Assembly (NCBI GenBank): GCA_050273025.1
Contig: CP158635.1
Span: 20,212,001-20,276,000, forward strand
DNA length: 64,000 nucleotides
DNA from: Cenococcum geophilum
Lineage: Eukaryota
Direction of reading: 5' to 3'
Position 1 is the stretch's first letter. Every line of letters begins with the position of its first letter. This document shows positions 39,501 to 52,100 of this stretch, one piece after another. A model generated the notes under the pieces. That model did not search any database, had not been told where the DNA came from, and saw only the letters and a program-made list of their open reading frames with translations. A program made the translations under genes and the position numbers.

Positions 39501-39906
39501 TAAAAATTTTAAGAGTTAACAACTAAGCAAGAAGTTAGACTACGTTAAACTAGGACCTTTCAAAATTACGTAAAGAATTTTACTAGTTATGTTTAAGTTA
39601 AACCTACTAGCTAAAATAAAGATCTACCCTATATAATACATCGCAATGCTAGAAGCAGTATATAGGAATACTAAGCCACCGGTCTACAAAGCAGACACGT
39701 ATAAAGGATAAGAGGAAGATAAGTGGCAAGTTTTAAAGATCGTTAGTTATAAGGATGTTAACAATAAAATATAGTATAAGGTTAAGTGGATAGGCTACAC
39801 TAAGACTACTTAGGAGCTACTAGAAAATTTAAAGAATGTTATAGGAAAGGTATAGGAGTATCGGAAGAAATTAGGTTAGGTAGCATTAAAAAAGAAGGAT
39901 TGCTAA
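36490..39906 (+). pseudogene. Gypsy pol (PR-RT-RH-IN-chromodomain) in the -1 frame
   Basis: ALIDS(G) 36607; YL(DD)IIIY ~37572; TDA(S)DY ~38016; ISDRD(P)RF ~39030; chromodomain (W)Y(E)VKW.GY..TT(W)E(P)LENL ~39770; TAA at 39906. Confidence 0.92.
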
Positions 39907-40500
39907 AAAATAAGTCACCTAAGGGGGACCTAGGAAGAGCAGTTGCCGAACTACTTAGATCTATTTCCTTTTCTATTAGAAGAGAATCTATTCTTTTATT
40001 GCTAAGTTCCTATAAACCTTATTCTATAAGCTTTTACTTCTTAGAATAGACCTTCTTATAAACCTTTTTAAGATAAAGCAGACGAGTAGACGCCGCGATT
40101 TAAGCATTTAGGGCCTTCTATTTAGCATTATAAGAACGTTCTAACTCTATAAGGGCTTAAGATAGTTTACTATTTAGCCGCGCAGCAGCAGATTAAATAT
40201 AAAACCCTAAAACAAATTAATTAGGGAACTAGATAACTATTAAGAGTAATAGGTTACGTATATTTAGCATTAGAGGTAAAGCGAACGTCGCAGGATAAAT
40301 AAATATTCGCTTTAGTACACTTTAAGTAAGAGGACGGTTATTATAAAGATAGGTTTACTAACGCAATATAAACCAACCCCTTTTTTAAACAGCAAGAACA
40401 CAGAAACGGTATAATCTCACTAAGAGATAATATTATAGTAATAGTGCGAGCATAACGTTGGGCGTATAAAGAAGAAATTGCTTTAGGTATAATAAGCAAT
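39900..40500 (-). pseudogene. Antisense accessory gene in the Gypsy 3' region (Cys cluster + coiled coil, one intron)
   Basis: Reads P.CSCC..KGLV(C)IA.....SS(C).(E)CTKAN...SCDV, then a 55 bp intron at 40207-40261, then W...QSAAARL..ELSQAL.ELERS...RLL(R)L(E)KV. Confidence 0.65.
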
Positions 40501-41619
40501 AATATTAACCAAATTAATTAGATGGATATTATACCTCTAGTAAACGACTTAGAGATATTTTAAATCTTTAAGAACGAAGATAAAGAGGAGGGAGATGGTG
40601 TTATGGACGCTTTAAGTATAATATTACAACTACTTGGAAAAGAGACGAAAGAAGCTAGTTGGTTAATTTAGGTACGGTTTAAGATGGAGCCGATAGAACT
40701 ATATAACAAGGAATGGTAACTAAGGTTATATAATATGCTATATATTAAATAAGAGGAACGGGAGGAACTTATATACCTTATGTATAAGACATATATTACG
40801 TATAAGAAGGATTTTATAGGAGTACGGTTGTGTATTTAAGGACCCTTAATCCCTACCTAGATAGTTCCTTCCTTGTAGTAATTCTCAGAATATAATTAGA
40901 GTTAATCTATTAGGCAACTACTCCACCAGTTGTTATTCGTTGTTAACTTTTATACTTACATTTCCTATACACCTAGCCTAATAATAAGCCTACCGTAGTT
41001 CCTGCTATAAGGTTCCGTTACATGTCCTACTAACTAGGGTGTCCCACTGACTAGTAAAACACGTTAGTGGTTTTAGTCTCTACCTTTATTATATATTTAA
41101 AGCTTATATAATCCTAGCTATCCATACTTACTACTTTATTGCTACTAATAGTCCAATTATCTTAATCCTTAGATACTATTACCTTTTAGTAAAATTAGCG
41201 CGCAAAAACTTTCTTTGCTAACTTTTAGCTAAATATACCTTTTATATCCTAATCCAATTTATAAAATTAATTTTATTCTTTATTTAACTTTACTATGCCC
41301 TAGAGTTCTCTAAACTTAGGCTTTTATAGCTAATAGCTTACGCTATATTTAGTGTCCTTATAAACTTAGTATATGTTATTATAATAAAACGCGAAACTCT
41401 TAATTAAATATTCTTTAGTTCCTTGTAGTATATTATTGTCCCTATATATATATATTGTCTACTAGTCTAGTTCCCTTTACTATATAGTTACTCTAACTGC
41501 CTTTATAATCTTTAGCGAAATAACCTTATTTCTTATAGTTTATATAAGCTCCTTCTTTATCCCTTGCATTGATTGTATGCTTAGATATGTGGCCCGTGCA
41601 CGCGATTAAAGAACATTAA

Positions 41620-44600
41620 TAGTCTTGCGGTTGATACCCGATACCCCCGATACGTATCGCCGATACCTCCGTATCCCAATACGGCCTAGTATCTAATACG
41701 TATCGCCAATACTTATACGAAGTCTTGGCATTTACACAAATATCCAAAATTTTACTCGTACAAAGCTGTAATAGCTAATTAGAATTCTATTCTTTTATCT
41801 AATGACTCCGAAACTCTTAATTCTCTTAATAGAAATACCGATACTGTTCTCTTTAGTGGTGATACTGATACTGCATTAGCCTTAGTATCTCGTACAATAC
41901 CTAAACTTACTTCCTTAATCTATAAACATGCTCGTCTTACAGATAACAATAAACGTCGTACGAAGAAGGGTTACTATTTCTGTAAATACTGCGAGCCTTT
42001 AGATCCTAAAGGGTATTATCCTTTAACGCGTGGCCTTAAACTACACCTTAAAAGGGAGCACGATATTGACTGGACAATAGCTGAGAATAAGTCTTATATG
42101 ACATTACAAGATCATGCAAAGGATTTAGTGCAACAATTATATAAAAGCCTTTTAGAAAAGGGGGGAATTAAGGGGCTTAAGGGTAAAGTTCTTCGTCGTA
42201 TGGTGGAGAAAGACTTAATTAAACAAACGCTGGTTGATCTAATTGTTGTACAACAGCTCCCTTTTTTATGCGTTAAATGGCCAGAATTTTATGCTTTTAT
42301 TAAAGTACTTAATTGAGAAGCTAATTAACCTACTATTATCTTAATATATTACTTAACAATTATAGAATAGATTTAACGTTATTATATTGATAATTAGGAT
42401 ATCGTATAATAAGTACTTTAATCTGCAAAGACACCTATTTATCTTGTAGTTGATATCTGGACGTGTCCTAATTATACTCTTCTTCTTGGTATCTGTGCTA
42501 GCTTTCTTAATAATAATAATTCTTCTTTGATTAACGTCTGATACGGATACTATCTAGCCCTACGCAGACTACTCCGTATATAAGGGAAAAGTAATATTGA
42601 TAGGAAAAAACCCTTGCTGCTAGGGGGGAGGAAAAACCCTATAAGCCACCTCAGTAGGATAAAAAACCCCGATTTGCCATGTCCGTCCGTAGTAGCGGCC
42701 CTACGGGCCTATAGCTACGTCCTGCCTCCTTAGATGTTTCGAACTTCTTAGGAACCACTGCTTCCTTCTCTAGCTTATTAAAGCTGGGGTTCACTACGTC
42801 CCAGCTAGGCCCTGCTAATCGATTGCTGTGTCTTATTGTCTTATTATATCCCATATCTTAACCATCCCCTATATGCTATCTCTTATAGACCATTACCGTA
42901 TACGCCATGCCTCCCCCCCCCCTAGAGCCATCGAAGGCGTAAGGGGGATTCATCTATTCTAACTACCGTAATACAGATAAGCAAGCGGAATATTGTATAT
43001 TTGGGTATCTTTTATGCCTAGGCCCCAGCTAGGCCCTTTCTAAGGGTTACCACTCCGTCGAAAGGAGATAGGGAAAACCGTGGGTTGTAATCCAGGCTGC
43101 TAAGTAGTATTTGGTAGTAAAACGGCGAGTAACCGCATGCTCCGCGGGCGATCGCCCTAGGGGTTAGGAGGGGCCGTATATTTGCTCGTTCGTTCGCTCG
43201 TTGCCTGTTTGTTAATGTAAGGTCATTAATGCTTTCTATTGGGGGTAAGGGGATGTTATCGAAAGCTATTTATCCACGTTGGATTATATAGGTGCTTAAT
43301 AGGAGAACTAGTAGCTGTATTGTAAAGGGGTACCGTTAGTAGTGGTTTTCAAGATCTCACCATCCCATGCGAAAACTTTTTACTACGCCCTACGACGTAT
43401 ATAACCACTAGGTCCTACTTACACGCGCTATATAACGTCTCTGCGTTGGCTCTGGGTCTGAACTTCGAAGACCTAGGTTCGTAACCGTCACCACGTATAG
43501 GTGCAGAATCCGTTTTCGACGGCCAGCTTTCTTAATATTAATGATTACTATTGTAATATCTTAATTAGCCTTCGTACGGTACAGAGTTAAAGTGGTAAGG
43601 ATTAATGGGAAGCACTTTAACCTATTCTTAAGTTGTACGGTATTTAAACAAAGATTAGAGCACTCGTTGGCGACAATGCAGGATTAAATGATGTTCTATG
43701 TCGTACGATATCTAAATAGCTTATCCTTACGCATAAGATTTCCTGGAACGCGTTATACTAAAGGATTTATTGCTAGAGACACGTTATTAATCTAATTATT
43801 TAAGCTTTCCTCTTTCCCTTAAAGAAGGATTAGAAGCTTATAGAGTTATATAACTAAGAAGATGAAGTAGAGTAGGAAGGAGATAAAGAAGAAGATAATA
43901 ATGACAAGGAGGAAGAGAATAAAGAAGATGAAGATATTGTACGATAGCTAGCTCCTATAAAGACACCACGAGGAAGAGAAAAGGGGAAAAGAAAGACGCA
44001 AGAAGTTAAGCTAGAAAGTATTGTATAATAAGTAAATTAATTAATAAAGGCAACTTAATTAGCTGAATGAGGTCGAAATATATGAGCGATTTTAGGCCCA
44101 TTAGGAAAGCTTTATAACCTTATCATTTATATTCGTTCTTCTGCAAATTATACAATATAGTTTATAAGTAAAGCTGGACGTATAATTCCTCTTAATAATT
44201 ATACGAGATGGAATAGCTGGTGGAAGATAATATTAGTGGCTCTTAATCCTAAAATTAGGACTAGATTAAGCCTCTATATTAAGGAATATTAAAAAAATAT
44301 TTCTAAAGAAGATCTCTTATTAATAGAGGATTGGATATAGCTTTGTACAATACACAACTTCCTTAAAGCCTTCTATAATGCAACCCTTTTTATTAAAGGG
44401 AGTTATTTAACACTTAAAAGAGTTCTAGAATCAATTGCTATTCTTAAATATACTATTTAGAAATTATAGGTATATTGTATGATACCCTATTCTTCTCTTT
44501 TACTAATAATCTTAGAATAAATCTAAGGATAAGTTTATCCTTTTAGGGGTCGTACGAGCCTTAGCAAAGCTTAAGAAGTATTAAAAGGAGCTTACTAAGT

Positions 44601-45526
44601 CTCTATACTATCTAGCTGCACGAGTTCTAAACCCTAAGGCTCGTATAACATTTATAAGGAATTAATAGGGTAATCTTACTCTTAAAGGAAAACAGCAACT
44701 CTATATTGTATAAAAGCTTTAGGAGAGATTTCTTTATAAGGTATTACTACTAGATCCTAAGCCATTGTATAACGCCTAAAGAGGAAGAAAAGATATTCCT
44801 AAAGAAGAGCTCTCTAAGTTTGAAAAGGCTTATTATAATATGCTTTAAGAGGCTACAGAAGCAGATAAAGTTAATAAGTTTAAAGTATATATCCATAAGA
44901 AAGTAATATTACTTCTAAAGAGTTATACAAAGGCTATTAACTGGTGGTGTCTTCTAGCTTAGCGTATCCGCTTTCTACGGCTCTTATGACTAGCAATTAA
45001 GGTTCTCTTAATACCTGGAATGAGTAATAAGCCAGAAAGGGTATTTTTAGGTGCTTAATATTAAGTTTCATGGGATCGTACGAAGACTAGTATAAAAATA
45101 CTTAAGGCAGTAGAATGCTTAAAGGATTAGGTAGCTAAGGAGATTCTAAGTATTCCGCTTTAGATTCTATATTATACGAAGTAGAAATCTACTTTTTTAC
45201 CTCCTTAGCTTGCTAAAGAATCCTTAAGAGCCTAAAATTAGCTCCTGTAGTGGCTGTTACGGAGTAAGCACAATAAGTGCATAGGGCAGAAGTCGCGGAT
45301 ATTTTGGATATTGCGGATATTGCGAGCGGATATTGCAATATTATAATTGGTCTTTAATTACTAGGTTAGTGGAAATAGGTAGATATGTATAAGGTGTTAC
45401 GGGGGTATCCTATAATAGTGGCGCAAAATACTGTAGTATTGGATACGTATTGGGGTATCGGCGATAGTATCGGCTGATACTCGGGTATCCTAATACCGGG
45501 TATCGGGGGTATCGACCGTAAGACTG
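41620..45526 (+). mobile_element. hAT DNA transposon, RIP-inactivated
   Basis: TIR (c/t)agtcttgcggt(c/t)gatac; 8 bp TSD aacattaa/aatattaa; subterminal GATAC repeats. BED finger FCKYC..LHLKREH, DIWT.PN, GDNA, TRWNS, and dimerisation motif WW...LSIPGMS..PERVF(S). Confidence 0.93.
42513..43521 (-). mobile_element. ~1 kb non-coding SINE-like retroposon
   Basis: 16 bp TSD gc(t/c)agctttcttaata (42497-42512 and 43522-43537); short (ATT)n tail on the minus strand; interrupts the hAT transposase. Confidence 0.78.
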
Positions 45527-47107
45527 AATATTAACTTCCTCACGCAGATAACTTTATTAATTAATTACACCACTATAATGGTTCGTAACTACATTTATAA
45601 TGACATGGATCTTATACAGCCTACTCAATATCCTCTTTCCAAAAGTCGGGTCGCGAAAAAGCCACCTCTAGCCCCCGGACCACTACCTTCCTTCGAGCCT
45701 CTCCCCATCTTGGTTTTCTGGCAGAACGATTAACCGCCTGCGTATGCAGTTTCCTGATTGATGCGCACGGAGCACGCTCTGAGGACGCATTTATTAATGC
45801 AAGGGATACTACTTTTCTTACTATAAAGTCCGCTTAAATATCTTCTGCTATTAAGATCCCTAGTTTAGCCTCTACTCCTTAGTCCTTTAATTACTTAATC
45901 CTTAACCTTTAGGTTTCCATAGTTTCTTATTATATTTCCTTAATTCTTTAGTACTGCTTAGGTCTATTAGCTCTGCGCTATACTATAGCCTAAATACTTA
46001 TTACGTCTTCTTTATATATCTTAGTCCCTACTATATTCTACTAAACTTACTACTTTAGTATAGCTAGTTATCTACCTTAATAGCTTATTTAATTAGCTCT
46101 CTTATATTACTTAAGTCCTTTATTAATATTATAATAGTTTAAACTTTAGCTTTTAATCCCCTTCTATATTAAGCTATTAACGCCCCTTAGTTCTACTTAG
46201 TCTACGCTATTAGTGTCTAGAACTACGTTATATAGCTTCCCTTTAGCTATTACTATTAATTCTAGATCTCTATATATCTATATTAATCTACTAGTAAATC
46301 CTTTCTAACTTAAAAATATATACTATACCTCTAAGTTAGTAGTTGCTAGTCTATTAATCTATATCTCTATAAAATGGAGTTTAAACTACTTTAATGCCTA
46401 ACATATTAAGAATAGTCCTATATACGCCACTTAATTCGCTAATTCTACTAGTTTAGTTCCTTTATATTAAATCTTTAACTTTATCTATATAAGGAATCCC
46501 TTTAGCTTATACTTTTCTCCTATAAATTTTTTAATTAATAGTATTTTAATCTTCTCTTTCTTTATATCTTAAAGCTACTAGAGTAGTACCTAATTATTAG
46601 CGTTATTTTATTTTATAATACCTCTAAGTTAATTTATTATAAGTACTTATAAGTTATTATCCCTTACACTAGTATCCCCTTTAAATCCTAAAGTAGTTAC
46701 TACCGTAAATAGCGTTATAACTAATACTTTAGGTAGTATATAATTTAACTTTTATTAATACTATAACTAGGTAGTAAAAATATAATAAAGCCTTATAGGA
46801 AATACTACGGTAGACTTATTAATAGGCTAGGTATATAGGTAAATAAGAAGTTAATAATATAAATATAACTAGTAAAGTAGGTTACCTAATAGATTAACTG
46901 TAACAATATTCTAAGATTTATATAAAGAGAACTATCTAGATAGAAACTATAGTCCTTTAAATATATAATACTGCGCCTAAGAAATATACTAAGTATATTA
47001 GTATATTAGTATATCCTATATTCCTATATTCCTATATTCCTATATTCCTATATTTTTACGTTTTAAACTTATAACGTAACTAGCTATATAACTTAGCTAC
47101 TTCTTAT

Positions 47108-47561
47108 TATAACCAACTACCGGATCTTGCATATTACCCTGTTTCACTAGCGTTAGTACTACCCTTATATGTCTTGGATATGGTTAAAATAAGTCATGGG
47201 CTTCGGAGTTCGGGGTCTACTTTCATGTATTTATATCACTTGATTTCCATAGATTTTGTAAGGCAGTATTGCCAGGGTGTACGGTAGGGAGCAGGCAAGC
47301 CGAGCATGAGTCACATAGGGAGTCGATGGAAGAGGACGATATGGTAAAGAGTAGGCAATAGCCTCGTACGGAGACGAACCGATGGGGGAGGAAGGAGGCT
47401 GCAAGCCCGAGGAGCTTATAAGGGGTGGCCAAGGCCTAGCCGAAGGCTAGCCTTGGCAGCCCCTGAGAGCTCCCGGGATGTAGCCGAGTAAGGGACCAAA
47501 AGTACCCTTACAGATTTACAATCAAGTTGCTCGTTTAATTCCCACACTGCAAAAGCTTACA
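47108..47561. mobile_element. Solo LTR inside the Gypsy copy 2 LTR
   Basis: tataa...ttaca termini; TSD cttat. Confidence 0.85.
47257..47512. mobile_element. Solo LTR inside a solo LTR
   Basis: TGTAAGG...CCTTACA termini; perfect TSD gattt; little RIP. Confidence 0.92.
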
Positions 47562-49166
47562 CTTATCCTATAGCTCGATCGGTTCTAGCGCCTCCTATAC
47601 TATCTTAACTAATCCATTTATATCTCTTCTTAGTAGTTATACTACTGCTAATATAAAGTCCGGAACATTTATAATAAGAAGGATAATAATAAGCTATAGC
47701 AAAAGCTAAAGAGGCTATAGAAGAAACGTACTCCTTTAAAGAAGGTAGTAGTAGTTAAGAGTGCTACTAGAGCTACTCTTACTGCTATTTTTACTATATA
47801 AGATGCTTAGAAACTAGCTTAAAAACCTAGCTAAGATCTACCTTTAGTACCTTTAGAATAGTCTCTAGAATAGCCTCTAGAACTACAGCGAAACCCTTAA
47901 CGTCGCCTACTAATAGAACTACTTAATACAACATTTATTAGGCCTAAATAGCCGTATAAGTAGATATAGGAGCTATAGTAGTAGGCTAAGTTATTAAGAA
48001 GCTAAAGGGACGAGGTAGAAAGTAGAATTACTTAGGTACTAATTGTAATATTATCTATCTATACTTTCCTGTCTTAGAGAGGCTCTAAACCTCTAAACCT
48101 TCTTTCTAATTGGGATGCCAAGCTTACTTATATAGCGTTTTAGGTGGCGTTTTGGTGGCGTAGGGAGGCCAGGAACCTTCTACCGCTGCCTCCGTAGTAA
48201 TTGCTGGATTTACTAGATTCTGATTGGTAATTAAATATATTTCAAGCCTCTTGGCCCCCACTGCGCACTGACAATGTACATTACTTATGCCGGATACCAT
48301 AGTACGCACCTGTGCAACGGTGAGCCCTATCTATAACCAGTTGTCAGCCGTTGTTATGCCCTTTTGCGATTTTCCAGCCTATCACTGCACCGAGAGCTCT
48401 CTCAGAACTCCGGCACCTCGTCCCTGCCGGCGGCTTCCTATCTTGACCGTGCAGGGAACGGGCAGACTTCAGCCTAAGCAGTCTTGTTCCAGCGAGCTGT
48501 GATCGCGATCGGCCTGTTGGATGAGAGCCCCACGAGATCTGCGTGGAACAGCTTGAATCCTGGGCTTTGCAGCATCAAGAGTATGTAGCTAGACAAGTGC
48601 TCAGGAGAGGTGCTTAGAACAACAATCGTCTCACCTTCTAATAAATAGCCCAGAGCACACATCACGCTGACTTCTGGCAAACACGCAGGCTAAGGGGGTT
48701 TTGCATCTTCGGAAGCAAATATTTGGCCTGATGGTGCATTGCCGTCATACCAGGTCCGGCGATAAACGTCGCTTCACCGCCTCTCTTGAAATAGACCCGA
48801 GAACCACCGAGGAAGCAGACCAGCGCAACGAGCTTGTCCACACCCGCTTTCATCCCCACAACATCCAAAATTCTCCACGCGACCTCATTCTTCTTCTCTC
48901 CGCCAACAATCGCGCCTGGGCTCCTTCTGTCCGAGCTGCCTGCGTCTTCGCCTACTTCGCCTACTTCGCCTGCCTCGTGACAACATTGCCAGTCAGCCGC
49001 CGGCCTCGGGACATTACACTCCAGCTTCAGCAGAACACCTCTCGTCTGTGTGCTCCACTTCACGGCCATGGGCGTCCGACAGCCTGCCTCACCCAATATT
49101 GGTGTTTCACTTGCATATCGGCTCCAAATTTGCGACTGTTAAGGCCTGCATGGATTGAGCAGCTTC

Positions 49167-52100
49167 ATGAACATGCTCGGCCAACTCCTTCACTCAATCA
49201 ATCCCTCTCGCAGAGGAGTCACTCGCCAACCCACGCTCATCGAATCAGTCACTGAAGAGTCTCATACGCGTAATCTGCTTTTCCCCGATGCTAACACTCT
49301 GTACCATCTCGAGGGACAGCCGTATCCTCTTTCGAATGGGTCGGCGATTGGTGCTATCACTCCCGGAAATGGGTATGATGGGACACAAGGGGAAATTGAC
49401 TTGGAACACTCAAGAGATATCAGAATAATAATAGCCCAAGATGAGTCTGGTCCTATGCCGAGAACTGTCCTCTTCGACTCGAAACCGGGCCCTCCGCGCT
49501 CTGAATCACCTACGCAGACAAACCCGCGAGCTAGGTTGTTTGGAGGAGCTGGAGGATCGAACACGGCTGGCCCAGCTTTCGGTGGAACACATGCGCGCAG
49601 ATCCTCTCTAACATCTGAGACATCCATGCCGCGTTCCCCAACCGTTGGTGCCTTCCAGCGAGCCCGCACACGAGGATCTTCAATATCCTCAATGCCAAAT
49701 ATAGATGAACATTCTCAGGGTAGGACAAAGGAATCTGTGGATCTAGTGAACATATGTTTGGATTGTATGTTTGGAAACACTGCGATGAGCTATAGAGGTC
49801 CAAGCAATAAGCTTCATATCGTCCCACTGGATTCAAGAGCAGCCGACCCTGGTATCACCAGCCCCAGCCTCCATGACGGAACAAGCTCCTTCGGTAGAGC
49901 AGAAGGTCGAAAGAAGAGCCATCTAGCAAAGTCGTACACGCCTTCCAATCCGCCTCCAGAGCTCCCTCGATCTGTGTCGGAAATGTCAGAGATCCCGTCA
50001 AGGGAGCCACGAAGACGAACTATACTGATTACTCGTACTTTCTCCGTAACACTTCCAGATGAAGATCAGCCACTAGATTCAGTCAATATTCACACGCCCA
50101 CACCTCAGAACTCGTTAGGAAAGGGCAATGGATTCCCCTTTCCTCAAACCGGCGCTGGAGGAGCGCCAGCCCGGACAGCACAGCGGCCAGCAAAACCGCG
50201 AAAGACGCCAATGTATGCTATTACCATTATTATCCAACTTCCTGTGGCTTCACCCTTTTCTGCACGACCTCCTTCTCGCCCCGGCCATCTAGGCCAAAGG
50301 ATGAGCAGCCAGACGACAGCCCCTACACACGGTCATGACTCTCTCGGTTCTTCTTTTGACTCTGACCGACGGGCTGGCTGGGCTCTGGTTGACTCTAATT
50401 TTGGCGTCGATTCCTTGCTATCCACTTCGCTTAGCAGCGATGTTGATGATCGTGTAGACGTAATCGGCCAGCATTGGGATGTTATTACAAGGACACTCAC
50501 TAGCCTTCAATCTGTTATCCATGAAAGGATTCTTGCCCACTTTAAAGCCGCAGAGGTCGGATCTCCACCCATCATTCAACAACCTCGTGTTCAGCCAGTG
50601 CGTTCGTCCAGTCGAGATCCTCCCATTCAACTCCAGCCTCGCAGAGCTCTGAGACTTCAATCTAATGCTCTAGCATTCGACCGAGATATCAAGAAAGCAA
50701 CCGATCTAGCCGGAGAAAGGGTGGTGCGTGGAATGAAGGTTCCTCGGGTAATAACGGGTCAAGGTAGATGGGGTGTTTGGCGGGAAGAAGCAAGGTGGCT
50801 CGGCAGGTGGGCTGGTGGAAGAGATCAGAATTTCTTCTTTTTCAACTTGCTCACGGCCTTTCTCGGGAACCACACTGAGTGGCTTAATATTCTAGGTCCG
50901 AAATGGTATCGGAAGCGCCACCGCGAGCAGCAAAAGTCGAACATTGGCGAAGATTTGACGATTTCAAGTCGCACAATTATTGTGTCAACCGACAAGATGG
51001 CTGCCCGAAGGTTGATATTCCTTCTGGCAGCCTTTTTGCCATCATCTTCTCATACGATGTATGATGGCGCTTCGCCGATAAGGCCAAGCACTTCAGCATC
51101 ATTTCGCGCTTATTCTCAGTCACCGCCATCAAATGTACCAATCTCACGACAACAGTCCTTACGTCGAACAATCAATCGTAGAGGGAAACAGAGCTATTCA
51201 AACATGCGGCTGCAGCCTCCTGGCACGAAAGGTAATAGCCTTTCAACGCTCGAGTCGGCCGATGACAAGCCAGATATTGGTGTCGCTGATCCCCCGGAAG
51301 CCATTCGACATTCTCGGCATCCTTCGGAAACCCAGTCAATACGAACTAGCCTTGTCATTCCATCCATAACTAACAGCGCGACAACATCCAAGAGTAGCGC
51401 AGCTACCACTTCTACTGTCACCCCAGAAAATGCAGTACCTGTTGCGCATTTTACCGTTCCACGAACAAATTCGTCTGGTCCCACCACTGAGCACCGCCCT
51501 GGTAGTAGTGAGAGTCTAGCATCAGCCAATTTAATGCATACCCTGCAGCGAAGCTCTAGTGGGCATATTAGCAGCCCAAGCACTGACTCACAATCAGCTA
51601 GTCGGTGGGGAAGTTTCATGAGTTTCTGGAGCAATGGTGGTCGTCGCGAGTCTTCGACCGATCAAAGTGATATATTGCAGTCAACAGACGATGGACTGGG
51701 GATAACGGGCATGGGTTTCAAGCGACCTGCAGATCACCCTTCTCGCAATGCACTTGAGCAAATGGTGCACGAGCTAGAGGTAGACCCCGAAATCTATGGA
51801 GATGATCTTGAAATATTTGACCTATCAGCCATGAAGACCGCAGACAGCCCGCCAGAGCAACGCCCTCTTGGATCTAGCGGTGTTCCAGCATCTGCCGCCC
51901 GAGCAATTCCTGAGCGACCCAAACCTCTTGATTCGCCGTTAAAGCTATCAGTTAACGAGAATGATGGCGTCATTGATGTAGATATCCCTTTGCCGGGATT
52001 TGGGTCTCCTTTGCAATCGCCTCTTCTAGGAGGATATCATTCCGTCTCCAGTCTTGAAGGGTCTAGTTTTGATCAATCATCAGTCTTTTCTCTTCCTCAC

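Larger units (their letters stand above)
33071..41022 (+). mobile_element. Full-length Gypsy/chromovirus retrotransposon (7952 bp), RIP-inactivated
   Basis: 424 bp LTRs at 33071-33494 and 40599-41022; TSD tgtcc; PPT gaggagggagatgg. Confidence 0.96.
30509..41064. mobile_element. pogo-type MITE (~430 bp when emptied, ~155 bp TIRs) containing a LINE derivative and a Gypsy
   Basis: TA|acgtgttttactagt...actagtaaaacacgt|TA; the right TIR is split at 33070/41028. Confidence 0.9.
41560..45806 (+). mobile_element. Small (~330 bp when emptied) non-autonomous DNA transposon hosting the hAT element
   Basis: TIR tcccttgcattgat / attaatgcaaggga flanked by TA; host Gypsy sequence rejoins. Short ORF start MVRNY...PLPSFEPL at ~45578. 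Confidence 0.75.
29543..47667 (-). mobile_element. Gypsy copy 2 (5' LTR and gag), host of a deep nest
   Basis: Pieces 29543-30508, 41065-41559 and 45807-46780 are colinear with the gag of copy 1. 5' LTR 46781-47667 ends cggaaca. Confidence 0.88.

Noticed and set aside
47668..48100. Possible C-terminal remnant of a pogo transposase or RIP-leaked gene
   Set aside because: Reads as protein on + after de-RIPing, but no diagnostic motif or TIR; too weak to call.
49155..49166. TTG start given by the ORF track for the 1243-aa protein
   Set aside because: Eukaryotic gene; in-frame ATGs at 49167 and 49173 are the plausible starts.
48124..49255. Several ORFs of 60-184 aa upstream of lst4
   Set aside because: Overlapping on both strands, some with non-ATG starts, no recognisable motifs; consistent with GC-normal promoter/UTR DNA.
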